DNA of 64,000 nucleotides from an uncultured Verrucomicrobiae bacterium (GTDB lineage Bacteria; Verrucomicrobiota; Verrucomicrobiia; Chthoniobacterales; Chthoniobacteraceae): NCBI GenBank assembly GCA_963828525.1, contig CAWHEP010000002.1, positions 224,001 to 288,000 of the forward strand, read 5' to 3'. Shown piece by piece: positions 51,227 to 62,044 of this stretch (position 1 is its first letter; each line of letters starts with the position of its first letter). The notes under the pieces were generated by a model. It saw only the letters and a program-made list of their open reading frames with translations, ran no database searches and was not told where the DNA came from. The position numbers and the translations under genes were made by a program.

Positions 51227-54200
51227 TCGAGGGCATCATCGAGGCCAGCGCGAGGAACAAGTTCCTCATTTTCATCTGCGCGCTCTTCGCGGTCGCGGCT
51301 GGAATTTACTGCCTGCAACACACTCCCCTCGACGCGATTCCCGACCTCAGCGACGTGCAGGTAATCGTCTACACAGATTGGGACGGACGTTCGCCCGACC
51401 TCGTCGAAGACCAGGTCACCTATCCCATCTCCAGTCAGTTCATAGCCGCGCCGAAAGTGAAGTTCGTCCGCGGTGAATCGATGTTCGGGAAATCCTTTGT
51501 CTATGTCATCTTCGAAGACGGTACCGACATCTACTGGGCGCGTTCCCGCGTCCTGGAATACCTGAACTCGATCAGGGGTTCACTGCCTGAAGGCGTCAAT
51601 CCGATGATCGGCCCTGACGCGACGGGCGTCGGCTGGGTCTACGAGTACGCCCTTGTTGACGACAGCGGAAAGAGCAGCCTTGCTGACCTGCGCTCCTTGC
51701 AGGATTGGCATGTCCGTTACGCGCTGGAGTCGGTGAAAGGCGTCTCCGAAGTAGCCGTCGTCGGCGGGTTCGTGAAGGAATACCAGATCGATTTAGACCC
51801 GAACAAGCTCCTCGCTTACAACATTCCGCTCGGCGATGTCGTCAACCGCGTCAAGATGAGCAACGGCGACGTGGGTGGGAAGATATTCGAGGTGGCAACC
51901 ACCGAGTATTACGTGCGCGGCAGGGGCTACATAAAAAGCATTGAGGACATCGAGAACATCGTATTGAAGGTCGATAAGGGCGCGCCCATTTATGTGAAGA
52001 ATGTAGGCAAGGTGCATCTCGGTGGCGACCTCCGGCGAGGCGTCGCGGAATTGGACGGCAAGGGCGAGACGGTCGGAGGGATTGTCGTGATGCGCTACGG
52101 CGAAAACGCGCTCAACGTCATCGAGGGCATCAAAAAGAAAATGGAGGAAATCCAGTCCTCCCTGCCGCCGGGCGTGCGAATTGTCCCAACGTACGACCGG
52201 AGCCATCTGATCAAGCGCGCGATCGATACCCTGCGCGAGAAGTTGATTGAAGAGAGCATAGTCGTCGCCCTCGTGTGCCTCATCTTCCTCTGGCACGCGC
52301 GCTCTGCCCTGGTCGCGATCATCACGCTGCCCATCGCGATCATCCTGTCGTTCGTCCCGATGTTTTACATGGGGCTGACGAGCAACATCATGTCGCTCGG
52401 TGGCATCGCCATTGCCATCGGGGCGATGGTCGACGCGGCCATCATCATGGTCGAGAACGCGCATAAGGCGCTCGAACATTTCCGCGACGAACACGGGCGA
52501 GAGCCTGATAATCGCGAGCGCGTCGACGTTATCATCAGCGCTGCGAAGACGGTGGGGCGGCCGCTCTTTTTCTCGCTGCTCGTCATTACCGTCAGCTTCA
52601 TTCCCGTCTTCTCGCTCACGGCGCAGGAGGGCCGTTTGTTCAAACCCCTGGCGTTTACAAAGACGTTCTCGATGTTCTTTGCCGCCCTCCTCGGCGTCAC
52701 GCTCGTGCCCGTGCTAATGACGCTCCTTATTCGCGGGAAGATCACGCCGGAAATCAAAAATCCCGTGAATCGGTTCCTGATTTGGGCTTACCAGCCGTTC
52801 GTGAATTTTGTGCTTCGATTTCGGTGGCTCACACTTTTGTGCGCCACGCTGATCCTCGCGGCGACGATCTTTCCGCTCCAAAAACTGGGCAAGGAATTCA
52901 TGCCGCCACTGAACGAAGGCACTCTCCTCTATATGCCAACCGCCGTGCCCGGAATGTCGATCACTGAGGCTACGAAAATCCTCCAGATCCAGGATCGCCA
53001 GCTCAGGAAAGTCCCGGAGGTGGAGACCGTGTTCGGCAAGGCGGGCCAATCCGAGACCGCGACCGATCCCGCCCCGCTCTCCATGTTCGAGACAGTCGTG
53101 TCGCTCAAACCTTTTGATCAATGGCGGCCGGGAATGACGTGGGAAAAGTTGATCGCGGAAATGAACGCGAACATCAAGACGCCCGGGATGGCGAACATCT
53201 TCTGGATGCCGATCCAGACGCGCACCGAAATGCTCACCACCGGATTTCGCAGCGCGCTTGGCGTGAAAGTCTTCGGCCCCGACCTTAACGGGATTCAGAA
53301 TGTCGCTATCCAGATCGAGAAGGCGCTCAGCGATTTTCCCGATACGCGAAGCGTCTTTGCGGAGCGGACGACGGGCGGTTACTTCCTCGATTTCACGGTA
53401 AACCGGGAAGCTGCCGCGCGTTACGGACTCACGGTCAGCGACGTAAACGACGTCGTGGAAACCGCGATAGGTGGCAAGACGATCACCACCACCGTGGAAG
53501 GCCGCGAGCGTTACCCGGTCAACGCCCGATACGCGCGCGATTTTCGGCAGGATCTCGATTCGCTGAAACGCGTGCTCGTTCCCACGCCCACCGGCGCGCA
53601 GGTGCCCATCTCCTTGCTGGCCGATATCCGATACCGGACAGGCCCGCCCGACATCCGCAACGAAAACGGCCAGCTCGTCGGCTTTGTCTTTGTGGACCTC
53701 ACGACCACGGACATTGATGGCTACGTGCGCAAAGCTTCGGAGCGGCTGCGGGAGCGCGTGCATTACCCTCCCGGCTATTACATCCAATGGGCCGGCCAGT
53801 TTGAATATCTCAAAGCCGCCGAGCAGCGGCTGAAAGTCGTCGTGCCATTCACGCTTCTCATCATTTTCGTGCTGATCTACATAAACACGCGGTCGGCGAT
53901 CAAAACATTCATCGTGCTGCTCGCTGTGCCGTTCTCCCTGGTCGGCGCGTTTTGGTTTCTCTATTTGCTAGGCTATAACATGAGCGTAGCCGTCTGGGTC
54001 GGCCTCATCGCGCTCGCGGGCCTCGATGCCGAGACCGGCGTCGTCATGCTCCTCTATCTGGATCATGCATGGGAAAAGTTTCGCGCCCAAGGCCGGATGA
54101 ATTCCATGGCCGATCTTCACGCCGCCGTCAGAGAGGGCGCCGTCCAGCGCATCAGGCCGAAGATCATGACGGTCTGCGCCATCCTGTTTGGTCTGCTGCC

Positions 54201-54408
54201 GATCATGTGGTCGCCCGTCACCCAGGCCGGAGCCGACGTCATGAAACGCATTGCCGCGCCGATGATCGGAGGCATCGTGACATCGGCGCTTTTGGAGCTG
54301 CTCATCTATCCCGTCATCTTCGTTATCTGGCGCAAACGGGGCTTGCCCGAGGCCGCGCCCGAAGCGGCACTAGAGACTGCGGTGTTACCGGGGAGAGTCT
54401 ACGGGTGA
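51223..54408 (+). CDS. cusA: CusA/SilA heavy-metal RND efflux permease
   Basis: LDAIPDLSDVQVIV, GPDATGVGWVYEYAL, AMVDAAIIMVEN, EFMPPLNEG, DPAPLSM.ET, R.EML.TG (Met triad typical of Cu/Ag pumps). Confidence 0.93.
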   Translation: MIEGIIEASARNKFLIFICALFAVAAGIYCLQHTPLDAIPDLSDVQVIVYTDWDGRSPDLVEDQVTYPISSQFIAAPKVKFVRGESMFGKSFVYVIFEDGTDIYWARSRVLEYLNSIRGSLPEGVNPMIGPDATGVGWVYEYALVDDSGKSSLADLRSLQDWHVRYALESVKGVSEVAVVGGFVKEYQIDLDPNKLLAYNIPLGDVVNRVKMSNGDVGGKIFEVATTEYYVRGRGYIKSIEDIENIVLKVDKGAPIYVKNVGKVHLGGDLRRGVAELDGKGETVGGIVVMRYGENALNVIEGIKKKMEEIQSSLPPGVRIVPTYDRSHLIKRAIDTLREKLIEESIVVALVCLIFLWHARSALVAIITLPIAIILSFVPMFYMGLTSNIMSLGGIAIAIGAMVDAAIIMVENAHKALEHFRDEHGREPDNRERVDVIISAAKTVGRPLFFSLLVITVSFIPVFSLTAQEGRLFKPLAFTKTFSMFFAALLGVTLVPVLMTLLIRGKITPEIKNPVNRFLIWAYQPFVNFVLRFRWLTLLCATLILAATIFPLQKLGKEFMPPLNEGTLLYMPTAVPGMSITEATKILQIQDRQLRKVPEVETVFGKAGQSETATDPAPLSMFETVVSLKPFDQWRPGMTWEKLIAEMNANIKTPGMANIFWMPIQTRTEMLTTGFRSALGVKVFGPDLNGIQNVAIQIEKALSDFPDTRSVFAERTTGGYFLDFTVNREAAARYGLTVSDVNDVVETAIGGKTITTTVEGRERYPVNARYARDFRQDLDSLKRVLVPTPTGAQVPISLLADIRYRTGPPDIRNENGQLVGFVFVDLTTTDIDGYVRKASERLRERVHYPPGYYIQWAGQFEYLKAAEQRLKVVVPFTLLIIFVLIYINTRSAIKTFIVLLAVPFSLVGAFWFLYLLGYNMSVAVWVGLIALAGLDAETGVVMLLYLDHAWEKFRAQGRMNSMADLHAAVREGAVQRIRPKIMTVCAILFGLLPIMWSPVTQAGADVMKRIAAPMIGGIVTSALLELLIYPVIFVIWRKRGLPEAAPEAALETAVLPGRVYG

Positions 54409-54436
54409 TCTCCGCTTTCCGATCGCCGCCCTGATC

Positions 54437-54998
54437 ATGGACGCCGATCATGCTCTCATGCTCCGCCTTCAGAACGGAGAAGACACCGCGCTCAATGAGT
54501 TGATGACCCGGTGGCAGCAACCGCTTGTAAACTTCATCCACCGCTACACCGGCAGCGAATCTGAAGCGCTCGATCTCGCGCAGGAAACATTCCTGCGTGT
54601 CTTTGAAAGCCGCCATCGCTATAAAGCCCAGTCGAAGTTTTCAACCTGGCTCTTTCGGGATTGCCAGCAACCTATGCCGCAATGCTTTTCGCTGGCGGGG
54701 CCGTCATCCCACCGTTGCGCTGGACGCCCCTGCGCAGGAGGGACAAGCTCTAGCCGAAACGTTGCCAGGAGAAAACGAGTCGCCTGCCGCCAGTGCCGAG
54801 CGCAACGACATCGCTTCGGCGGTGCGCGAACAAGTCCAGGCGCTTCCACATGATCTGAAAACCGCCCTGCTTCTGTTCGAATATGAAGAGCTTTCCTACG
54901 AAGAAATCGCCACCGCGCTCAACTGCAGCACCAAAGCAGTCGAGACAAGACTCTACCGCGCAAGAAACATCCTGCGCGAGCGCTTATCCCGTCGGTAG
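54437..54998 (+). CDS. ECF sigma-70 factor (frameshift near 54657)
   Basis: DLAQETFLRV, FSTWL..IA.N, LSYEEIA..L..STKAVETRLYRAR over two frames. Confidence 0.88.
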
Positions 54999-55104
54999 AT
55001 CCCCTTCTGCGCCCATCATCCACACAATTTGCCTGTTCCAGTATCCAATCACGCGCGGGTAAAAGGACGCTGCGGGTTGTCGTTTGGCTGGCTGGGTTAT
55101 CCCG

Positions 55105-56737
55105 CTAAGCCCTGGTAATCGACCAATTCACCTGGTAATGCGAATTTCCGCCGCAGCCTTTGGGTGAGTCGATCCCTGGGTGGTCCGTGGTGACTGATGC
55201 AAAGGCGCCCTGCCCCGTTTTGATCTGCAGATCCCGCCCAACGAGCACCTCCTGATTTCCGGCTACGGGTCCGTCGCACTTGGCGAACAGAATGCTCCCG
55301 AGATCGCTGACGAGACTATCCGCCAGCCCTTCCAGCAAACTTCCCACGATAGGTGGTTCGGTTCCGTCAAATAGGGCTTTGATGCCCTCCTCCGCCAGTT
55401 TGCTGCCTATGCTGACAAGCACCGACTGGACGAAGTCACTGTTGGCGCCGCTATTCGTAAACAGATAATTGAAAGTCACCCCTTCCGCCAGTTCCACCGT
55501 GACGGGCGAAAGGACCAATAGATTCGTCTCGCTCTCATTGATGTCCGTTCCTCCGATATCACCGATCCACTGGGTTTTTGCTTGGGAAGGCCAGTTCCCC
55601 ACTTGGACTGACATCTGCGAGCCATCGGTATCGTTATTCAAGGACCGTGCGTGCAGAACTTTCACGAAATTCACGGAAAACTTATAACGCGAAGGAATCG
55701 CCATCGATTGCTCTACAAGCTCCCAATCCGGAAGGGCCGTGCCGGATGGCGGCAGCCACTCTGTGCCATTGAAAATTCTCCGCTGCAGCTGACCGTTCGT
55801 CGCCGGCGCGTAAACTTCGATCTGAGACGGCGCGCGGGAAACGGCGGTGAGTCCCGATGTCATGTTCCCACCCAGGGACTCAGAGGTCCATGAGTTCCGA
55901 TCATAAAAGTAGTGACGGACCGACCCATTGGTTTCCACCACGAATACGTCCAGCCGCAATGGCGCCGATGCGATCGCCGTAGGCGCCGCAATAAAATGTC
56001 CTCCGAGAGACTCCCACTCGTTCCAGATGACGCCGTCCCACCAGATGTGGCAGAGCCCGCCATCGGTACCGATGGCGAAAACGTCCAGACGGTTCGGTCC
56101 CGAGCTGACGGCGCAAGGCGGAGAAGCGATCGAACCGCCCAGATTCTGCCAGTCGGGCGACCATACGTTGCCGTCGAAGCTTCGGTGGCGCAAAGTAAAG
56201 TCAGTCCCCCGCGCGAACAGATCAAGCTGCGTCGCGGAAGCCACCAAGCTGGCTTGGCTGCTGAAGCTTCCTCCGAGCCGCTCCCAATCCGAGGAAATCG
56301 GCTTTCCCTCCACGGTTCGATGATACATGGCATGATCGAGCCCGACCCCAAAGACATCGATCCGCGAGTTCTGCCACGCTATAGCCGCGGGCGTGCTCAT
56401 AAAAATGCCGCCGAGATTCTGCCAGGCACCAGTGTCCTCGATGGGGGAATTATCAAAAATGGTCTTTTGATACATGGCGTAGTCGACGACCTAGTCCGAA
56501 AACGTCCATGCGAGGAACAACTTGGACGCCCCCCTGTGCCGCTGTGTGGGGCTCGATGGGATGGTTGATCTGAGGGAGTTGGTCGAAGGATGCGACTGCC
56601 ACGGGAGGAGTGGTAAAAATACCCCCCAGGAATCGATCCGTTCCATTGGACGGGAACTGACGCATCGAGAAGTCTCGCTGCAACCAAAAAATATCAGTTC
56701 GGTCTGTCCCTAGCGTGACTGCGGCAATCGGATTCAT
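55105..56737 (-). CDS. Fucose-lectin/PLL-like beta-propeller repeat protein with uncharacterised C-terminal domain (frameshift near 56488)
   Basis: Repeats of W..LGG....P.A.......+DVF..G.D..+.H..W.G..W; start extended to ATG 56737 across the shift. Confidence 0.75.
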
Positions 56738-56889
56738 AAAGTGTTGGTCCTGTGTTCTGTGGGTCTGCGAGAATGCCACCCCACTTTGCAATACGAAGCA
56801 AATTCTTTTCAGAGCGAATGTTTGGGGCCGCGGTTCAATCTGTAGCCGGGTCAATGCTAAGCCTCCGGGCGGAAGGACTTTCAGCGCAA

Positions 56890-57151
56890 TCACCCAAGGA
56901 CGCGACTAGACGAGCTTGGAACCCAAAGCAGCGCGATCAGTTCATCGCGGGTGAGACCGCTTTGCTTGATGATGTCGTGCAGTGTTCCGCGGGCTAGTTC
57001 GTGGTGCACGGGAACGACGGGTCCGCCAATGACCATTCGCATTCCTCTTTTCCATGGAGACATGACTCCCCTTCTGGCGAAGCACCACGAAGCCAGTTTT
57101 CCGCAGTGCTTTCACCAACTCGGCGCCGGAGACGTCCGGCAGGCGGCTCAT
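56890..57151 (-). CDS. hicA: HicA-family toxin (frameshift near 57020; 3' end uncertain)
   Basis: LPDVSGAELVKAL..GF...RQKGSH then VVPVHHELARGTL..IIKQSGL in shifted frame. Confidence 0.8.
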
Positions 57152-57360
57152 ACGGCTACTTCCAACTTGGCCAGGGCGGGCTCTCCGACGGATTCCTCCA
57201 AGTCGTCCGCGCCCCAGGTCTCAATGTAAAGTTCGATGGCCTCGGTGACGTTTACCTTGGCTTCATCCAGCGTCGACCCTTGCGAGGTTACGGGCAGATC
57301 GAGGCAGCGCGCCACGAACCATTTCCCATCGAACTTGATTGCGGCATTCAACTTGGCCAT
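57148..57360 (-). CDS. hicB: HicB-family antitoxin (short form)
   Basis: WFVARC.DL.VTSQG.TLDEA..N+.EAIELY; overlaps hicA start by 4 bp. Confidence 0.85.
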   Translation of the reverse strand: MAKLNAAIKFDGKWFVARCLDLPVTSQGSTLDEAKVNVTEAIELYIETWGADDLEESVGEPALAKLEVAV

Positions 57361-57433
57361 GCTGGGAATGTGCCGTGAAGGCAGAGCCGCGTCCAGCGCC
57401 CGGGAACGCTTTTTCTCTTCTGGTTTCCAAAAG

Positions 57434-58060
57434 TTAGCGGATCCCCGTCGCCCGCCTCTTGCGAAACTGCGCGACTTTGTGCCGATTGCCACAGGCTGCG
57501 ACGCTGCACCACTGACGACGATGGTTCTTGGTCGTGTCGTAGAAGTAGAGGACACACAGCGAGGTATTGGCGCAGCGATGCAGGTAACTCAAATTAGCCG
57601 CGGCCAGGAAGCGCGCGATCTCGCGCGCGACTAGCGCCAGGGCAAGCTTCTCTCCGCGAAGCTGGGAGGCGGAGCGCCCAAGATCCAAGCCGGTTTTTCC
57701 ACTTCTGTGCAGAATCTCATGAGAAAGGTCTTCGGCCAGGAGTTGATTTAACCTTTCGATGAATACGTCGCCGACTTTTCCGTCGGCAATGATTTTGTTC
57801 ATTTCCTCCGTCCAGCCCTGACGTAATTCCACAATCCGTTTCACTGCGACCCTGCGGCGGTTTGGAGGAATCTGCAATGGGGGCGGGTTCGATAACCCCG
57901 CCTGGGAGAGCCAGTTAACGACATCTGCCCAATCGCGGAGCAGGTCCGTCAACTGGTTGCCAGAAATCACCACGGTATTGGCAAAGTCGACGGCGGGATG
58001 CTCGCCGATGAAAACGAAGTCGGCACGATTTGCGCCTTTTGTCCGGGGGGTAAAAGTCAT
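57434..58060 (-). CDS. ABATE/CGNR zinc-finger domain protein (putative transcription regulator)
   Basis: AVDFANT N-terminus; C....C...FYDTTKNHRRQWCS...CGNR.KV..FR. Confidence 0.9.
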   Translation of the reverse strand: MTFTPRTKGANRADFVFIGEHPAVDFANTVVISGNQLTDLLRDWADVVNWLSQAGLSNPPPLQIPPNRRRVAVKRIVELRQGWTEEMNKIIADGKVGDVFIERLNQLLAEDLSHEILHRSGKTGLDLGRSASQLRGEKLALALVAREIARFLAAANLSYLHRCANTSLCVLYFYDTTKNHRRQWCSVAACGNRHKVAQFRKRRATGIR

Positions 58061-58069
58061 AACGACAAC

Positions 58070-58147
58070 GTAACTTCTAAAATAAGCTTTGACAAGTTAC
58101 GCCATCGCGCCCAAAAGTAACCAGCAATCCTTATTTTTAGTCGTTAC
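58070..58147. promoter_or_regulatory. Twin GTAAC-N21-GTTAC operator-like boxes in divergent promoter
   Basis: 58070-58100 and 58117-58147, identical spacing, arranged as an inverted pair; TTGACA at 58089 lies inside box 1. Confidence 0.65.
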
Positions 58148-58169
58148 ACCGAACCAACGCGTCTTAACC

Positions 58170-59045
58170 ATGAACATATCCGACATCTCCTACAAAACTG
58201 CCATGGTGGGTGACTTCAAAATCTTCTTCCGCGAAGCGGGCGATCCGCGGAAGCCCGCTGTTCTCCTCCTTCACGGTTTTCCCACCTCGAGCCATATGTT
58301 CCGCAATCTGATTCCCCAGCTTGCAAATGACTTTCATGTCATCGCGCCCGACCTCCCGGGCTTTGGATTTTCCGACGCCCCTGCTCACGATAAGTTTAAC
58401 TACACCTTCGAAAATGTGGCGAAGGTGATGGGCGATTTTGTTGAGCAGATCGGTTTGAAGAAGTTCGCGATTTACGTCTTTGACTACGGCGCGCCCACCG
58501 GATTCCGTATCGCTTTACGATTTCCTGAGCGCGTCGCGGCGCTCATCTCTCAGAACGGTAACGCCTATGTCGAAGGCTTGAGCAAAGACTGGGCGCCAGT
58601 CCAAACCTATTGGGAAAATCCCACTCAGGAAAATCGTGACGCGTTGCGCAAGCTCCAGACCCTGGAAACGACCCGCTGGCAATACTATCACGGCGTGACT
58701 AACCCTGAGCAGCGTATCGCTCCCGAAGCGATCCTTCTTGATCAAACTCTGTTGGACCGTCCGCAAAGCGCCGAGATTCAGCTCGATCTCATCAGTGACT
58801 ACAAATCCAACGTTGAACTCTATCCCAAGTTCCAGGAATTCTTCCGTAAGCACCAGCCGCCGACCCTGGCGGTCTGGGGCAGGAACGATCCCTTCTTCAT
58901 TCCACCCGGCGCGGAGGCCTACAAACGAGACATCCCCAAGGCCAGGGTTGTCTTCTACGATACCGGGCATTTCGCGTTGGAAACTCACGCAACCGAAATT
59001 GGTCAGGAGATTCTCACCTTCCTCAAAGCCAATCTTCAGCCTTGA
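58170..59045 (+). CDS. Alpha/beta-hydrolase (epoxide hydrolase/dehalogenase-like)
   Basis: LLHGFPTSS, APDLPGFG, FDYGAP, QNGNAY, WGRNDPFF, GHFALE. Confidence 0.9.
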   Translation: MNISDISYKTAMVGDFKIFFREAGDPRKPAVLLLHGFPTSSHMFRNLIPQLANDFHVIAPDLPGFGFSDAPAHDKFNYTFENVAKVMGDFVEQIGLKKFAIYVFDYGAPTGFRIALRFPERVAALISQNGNAYVEGLSKDWAPVQTYWENPTQENRDALRKLQTLETTRWQYYHGVTNPEQRIAPEAILLDQTLLDRPQSAEIQLDLISDYKSNVELYPKFQEFFRKHQPPTLAVWGRNDPFFIPPGAEAYKRDIPKARVVFYDTGHFALETHATEIGQEILTFLKANLQP

Positions 59046-59098
59046 TTTAGCTTGGAAGAACGCTCCGGAGCGACTTTATAGACCAAGCGATTGGAACA

Positions 59099-60505
59099 AT
59101 GACCACCTCACAACAGGGAAACTACGATCTTGTTATTCTTGGCAGCGGAGAAGGAGGCAAGTACCTCGCGTGGACAATGGCCAAAGCGGGCAAGAAAGTC
59201 GCCGTGATTGAACGGAGGTGGGTTGGAGGTTCGTGTCCCAATATCGCTTGCCTTCCGAGCAAGAACATCATTCACAGCGCCAAGGTGGCCTCCCTCTTCT
59301 ACCGCAGCCAGGAATTCGGAATCAGCAAGGAGAACACGCGGATCGATATGTCGCTGGTGCGTGATCGCAAGCGCATGATGGTCTCGGGCCTGGTCGACAT
59401 GCATCTCGATATTTACAAGAAAACCGGCGCGGAACTGGTTATGGGATCAGGCCGGTTCGTTGGCTCCAAAACCATTGAGGTTTCCCTCGCCGATGGTGGA
59501 ACCCGTACTCTTCACGGCGAGAATGTGGTCATCAATACCGGCGCCCGCGCTATGGTGGATTCCACTCCGGGGCTGAGCGAGGCTGGTCCGCTCACGCACA
59601 TTGAAGCATTGGAATTGGATCACATTCCGGCTCATCTTCTGGTGTTGGGCGGTGGTTACATAGGACTGGAACTGGCCCAGGCGATGCGCCGATTTGGCAG
59701 CGAGGTGACTATCATCGAAAGGAACGACCGGCTTGCCCATCGCGAGGACCCCGACATTTCCGCGGCGTTGGGAGAACTATGCAAAGACGAGGGCATCCAC
59801 GTGGTCACAGGCGCTCACATTACCAAGGTCCACGGCAAATCGGGTGAATCCGTAACCCTAAAGGGAGCCTGCAACGGCTCAGAGCTCACCCTCCAAGGTT
59901 CGCATCTGCTCGTGGCCAGCGGTCGCAAACCAAACACGGAAAACATCGGTCTTGAACTGGCGGGCGTCGAGACGACCGCGCGCGGCTTCATCAAGGTGAA
60001 CGAGCGTTTGCAGGCGACCGCCGCTGGAGTGTGGGCCATCGGCGATTGCGCGGGCAGTCCGCTTTTCACGCACATCTCTTTCGATGATTTTCGGGTTATC
60101 CGGGACAATCTCCTGGGCGTCGATCATGTCACCACCGGCAGACAGGTCCCGTTCTGCATGTTCACTGATCCGGAGTTCGCCCGCATCGGCTTGAGCGAAA
60201 CCGAAGCGCAGGCGCGGGGAATTCCCTATCGCCTGACCAAAATCCCCATGCTTGCGGACCTGCGCACCCGCACGCTCTCTGAGACGCGTGGTTTCATGAA
60301 AGCGCTCATCGCCGCGGATAGTGACCGCATCCTTGGGTTTACGATGTTTGGCGTCATGGCCGGAGAAGTCATGGCGACGGTCCAGGTGGCTATGATCGGC
60401 GATCTGCCTTACACAGCGTTGCGCGATGCCATCTTCACCCATCCTACCATGCTCGAAGGACTCATCCCTCTCTTCTCCGCTGTGCCCGCCCGCTCGAATT
60501 CCTGA
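59099..60505 (+). CDS. Pyridine nucleotide-disulfide oxidoreductase (RclA/MerA-like, lacking MerA C-terminal CC)
   Basis: GSGEGG, GGSCPNIACLPSK, GGGYIGLE, AIGD, FTHPT. Confidence 0.88.
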   Translation: MTTSQQGNYDLVILGSGEGGKYLAWTMAKAGKKVAVIERRWVGGSCPNIACLPSKNIIHSAKVASLFYRSQEFGISKENTRIDMSLVRDRKRMMVSGLVDMHLDIYKKTGAELVMGSGRFVGSKTIEVSLADGGTRTLHGENVVINTGARAMVDSTPGLSEAGPLTHIEALELDHIPAHLLVLGGGYIGLELAQAMRRFGSEVTIIERNDRLAHREDPDISAALGELCKDEGIHVVTGAHITKVHGKSGESVTLKGACNGSELTLQGSHLLVASGRKPNTENIGLELAGVETTARGFIKVNERLQATAAGVWAIGDCAGSPLFTHISFDDFRVIRDNLLGVDHVTTGRQVPFCMFTDPEFARIGLSETEAQARGIPYRLTKIPMLADLRTRTLSETRGFMKALIAADSDRILGFTMFGVMAGEVMATVQVAMIGDLPYTALRDAIFTHPTMLEGLIPLFSAVPARSNS

Positions 60506-60525
60506 TGCCAAAGGACCCACCCTCT

Positions 60526-61557
60526 ATGAGAGCCATCAGTTTTCACCAATCACTTCCCGCTGAAGATCCCGAAAGCCTCGTCGATGTCACCGTCGACAAG
60601 CCGAAGCTCGCTCCGCGAGATATCCTGGTTCAGGTTCAAGCGATCTCCGTAAACCCTGTCGATACGAAGGTCCGAAAAGGCGGAGGTCCCGGAAAGCCTT
60701 TGGGCGAACTGAAAATACTCGGCTGGGATGCGGCTGGCGTTGTCACAGAGGTAGGCACTGAGGTGACACTCTTTTCACTTGGTGACGCGGTTTACTACGC
60801 TGGAGAGATCAATCGTCCCGGCTCTTACGCGGAGCTTCAGGCGGTGGATGAACGCATCGTCGGTCGCAAACCATCATCACTCGATTTTTCCGACGCGGCT
60901 GCTCTGCCCCTCACCACCATCACGGCATGGGAGTTAATCTTCGACCGGTTCGAATTGAGGATCGGCAAACTAACCAGCCAGGGTTCGATTCTCGTGCTTG
61001 GTGGAGCTGGCGGGGTCGGTTCCATCGCCATTCAGTTGCTCAAGCGCCTCACCGGACTCACGGTCATCGCCACGGCTTCACGCCCCGAATCGGTAAAGTG
61101 GTGCCGCGAGCTGGGTGCTGATCATGTCATCGACCACCGCAATCCCCTGGCGGCGCAGGTAAAAGCCATCATGCCCGAGCGGTGTTAATATGTTCTGGCG
61201 CTCACCAAGGTTGAGAGCCACCTCGATGAGATTGTCGAGGCCATGGCGCCCCAAGGAAAGATAGGGGTCATCGAAAGTCCCGCCACCCCGCTGGACGTGG
61301 TTAAACTGAAGCCCAAGTGCCTCTCACTCCACTGGGAGTTCATGTTTGCACGGCCTCTTTACCAGACGCCTGACATGGCTGAGCAAGGACGCCTGCTCAA
61401 TGAAGTTTCTAGATTGGTCGACAGTGGTCTTATTCGCTCCACCGCCCAGGCGAACCTTGGTGAGATCAATGCCGCGAATCTCCGGAAAGCCCATTGCCTC
61501 GTGGAAAGCGGAACAACAATGGGGAAAGTCGTCCTCTCGGGTTTCCCGAAGACTTAA
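60526..61557 (+). CDS. Zinc-binding ADH/quinone-reductase family protein (in-frame TAA at 61186-61188)
   Basis: [40 protein letters not shown]; both ORF halves are in the same frame. Confidence 0.85.
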
Positions 61558-61562
61558 GTTCC

Positions 61563-62030
61563 ATGCATACGAGACCACCCTTGCCACCCTTTACGCTGGA
61601 ATCGGCTACGCAAAAGGTTCGGCTGGCGGAAGATGGTTGGAACAGCCGAAATCCGGAGAAAGTTTCACTCGCTTATACGGTCGATAGCGTTTGGCGCAAT
61701 CGATCTGAGTTCGTCACTGGTCGCGAAGCTATCATAGCGTTTCTTGCGCGAAAGTGGAACCGGGAGCTCGAGTATCGCTTGATCAAGGAACTCTGGCTAT
61801 TTCGTGAAAATCGGATCGCCGTCCGCTTTGCTTATGAGTGGCGTGATGAAAACGAAAATTGGTTTCGCTCCTACGGCAACGAGAACTGGGAATTTGAGGC
61901 AGATGGTCTCATGGCCCGGCGCTTTGCCAGCATCAATGATCTTCCCATCCGGGAAGAAGATCGCAAATTCCATTGGCCGCTCGGCAGACGGCCGGACGAG
62001 CATGCCGGATTAACCCAACTCGGCCTGTAA
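61563..62030 (+). CDS. DUF1348 / NTF2-like protein
   Basis: [43 protein letters not shown]. Confidence 0.88.
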   Translation: MHTRPPLPPFTLESATQKVRLAEDGWNSRNPEKVSLAYTVDSVWRNRSEFVTGREAIIAFLARKWNRELEYRLIKELWLFRENRIAVRFAYEWRDENENWFRSYGNENWEFEADGLMARRFASINDLPIREEDRKFHWPLGRRPDEHAGLTQLGL

Positions 62031-62044
62031 AGCTCGCGCTAAAT

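Noticed and set aside
59099..60505. Mercuric reductase MerA
   Set aside because: Lacks the C-terminal Cys-Cys pair and NmerA domain, and there are no mer genes nearby.
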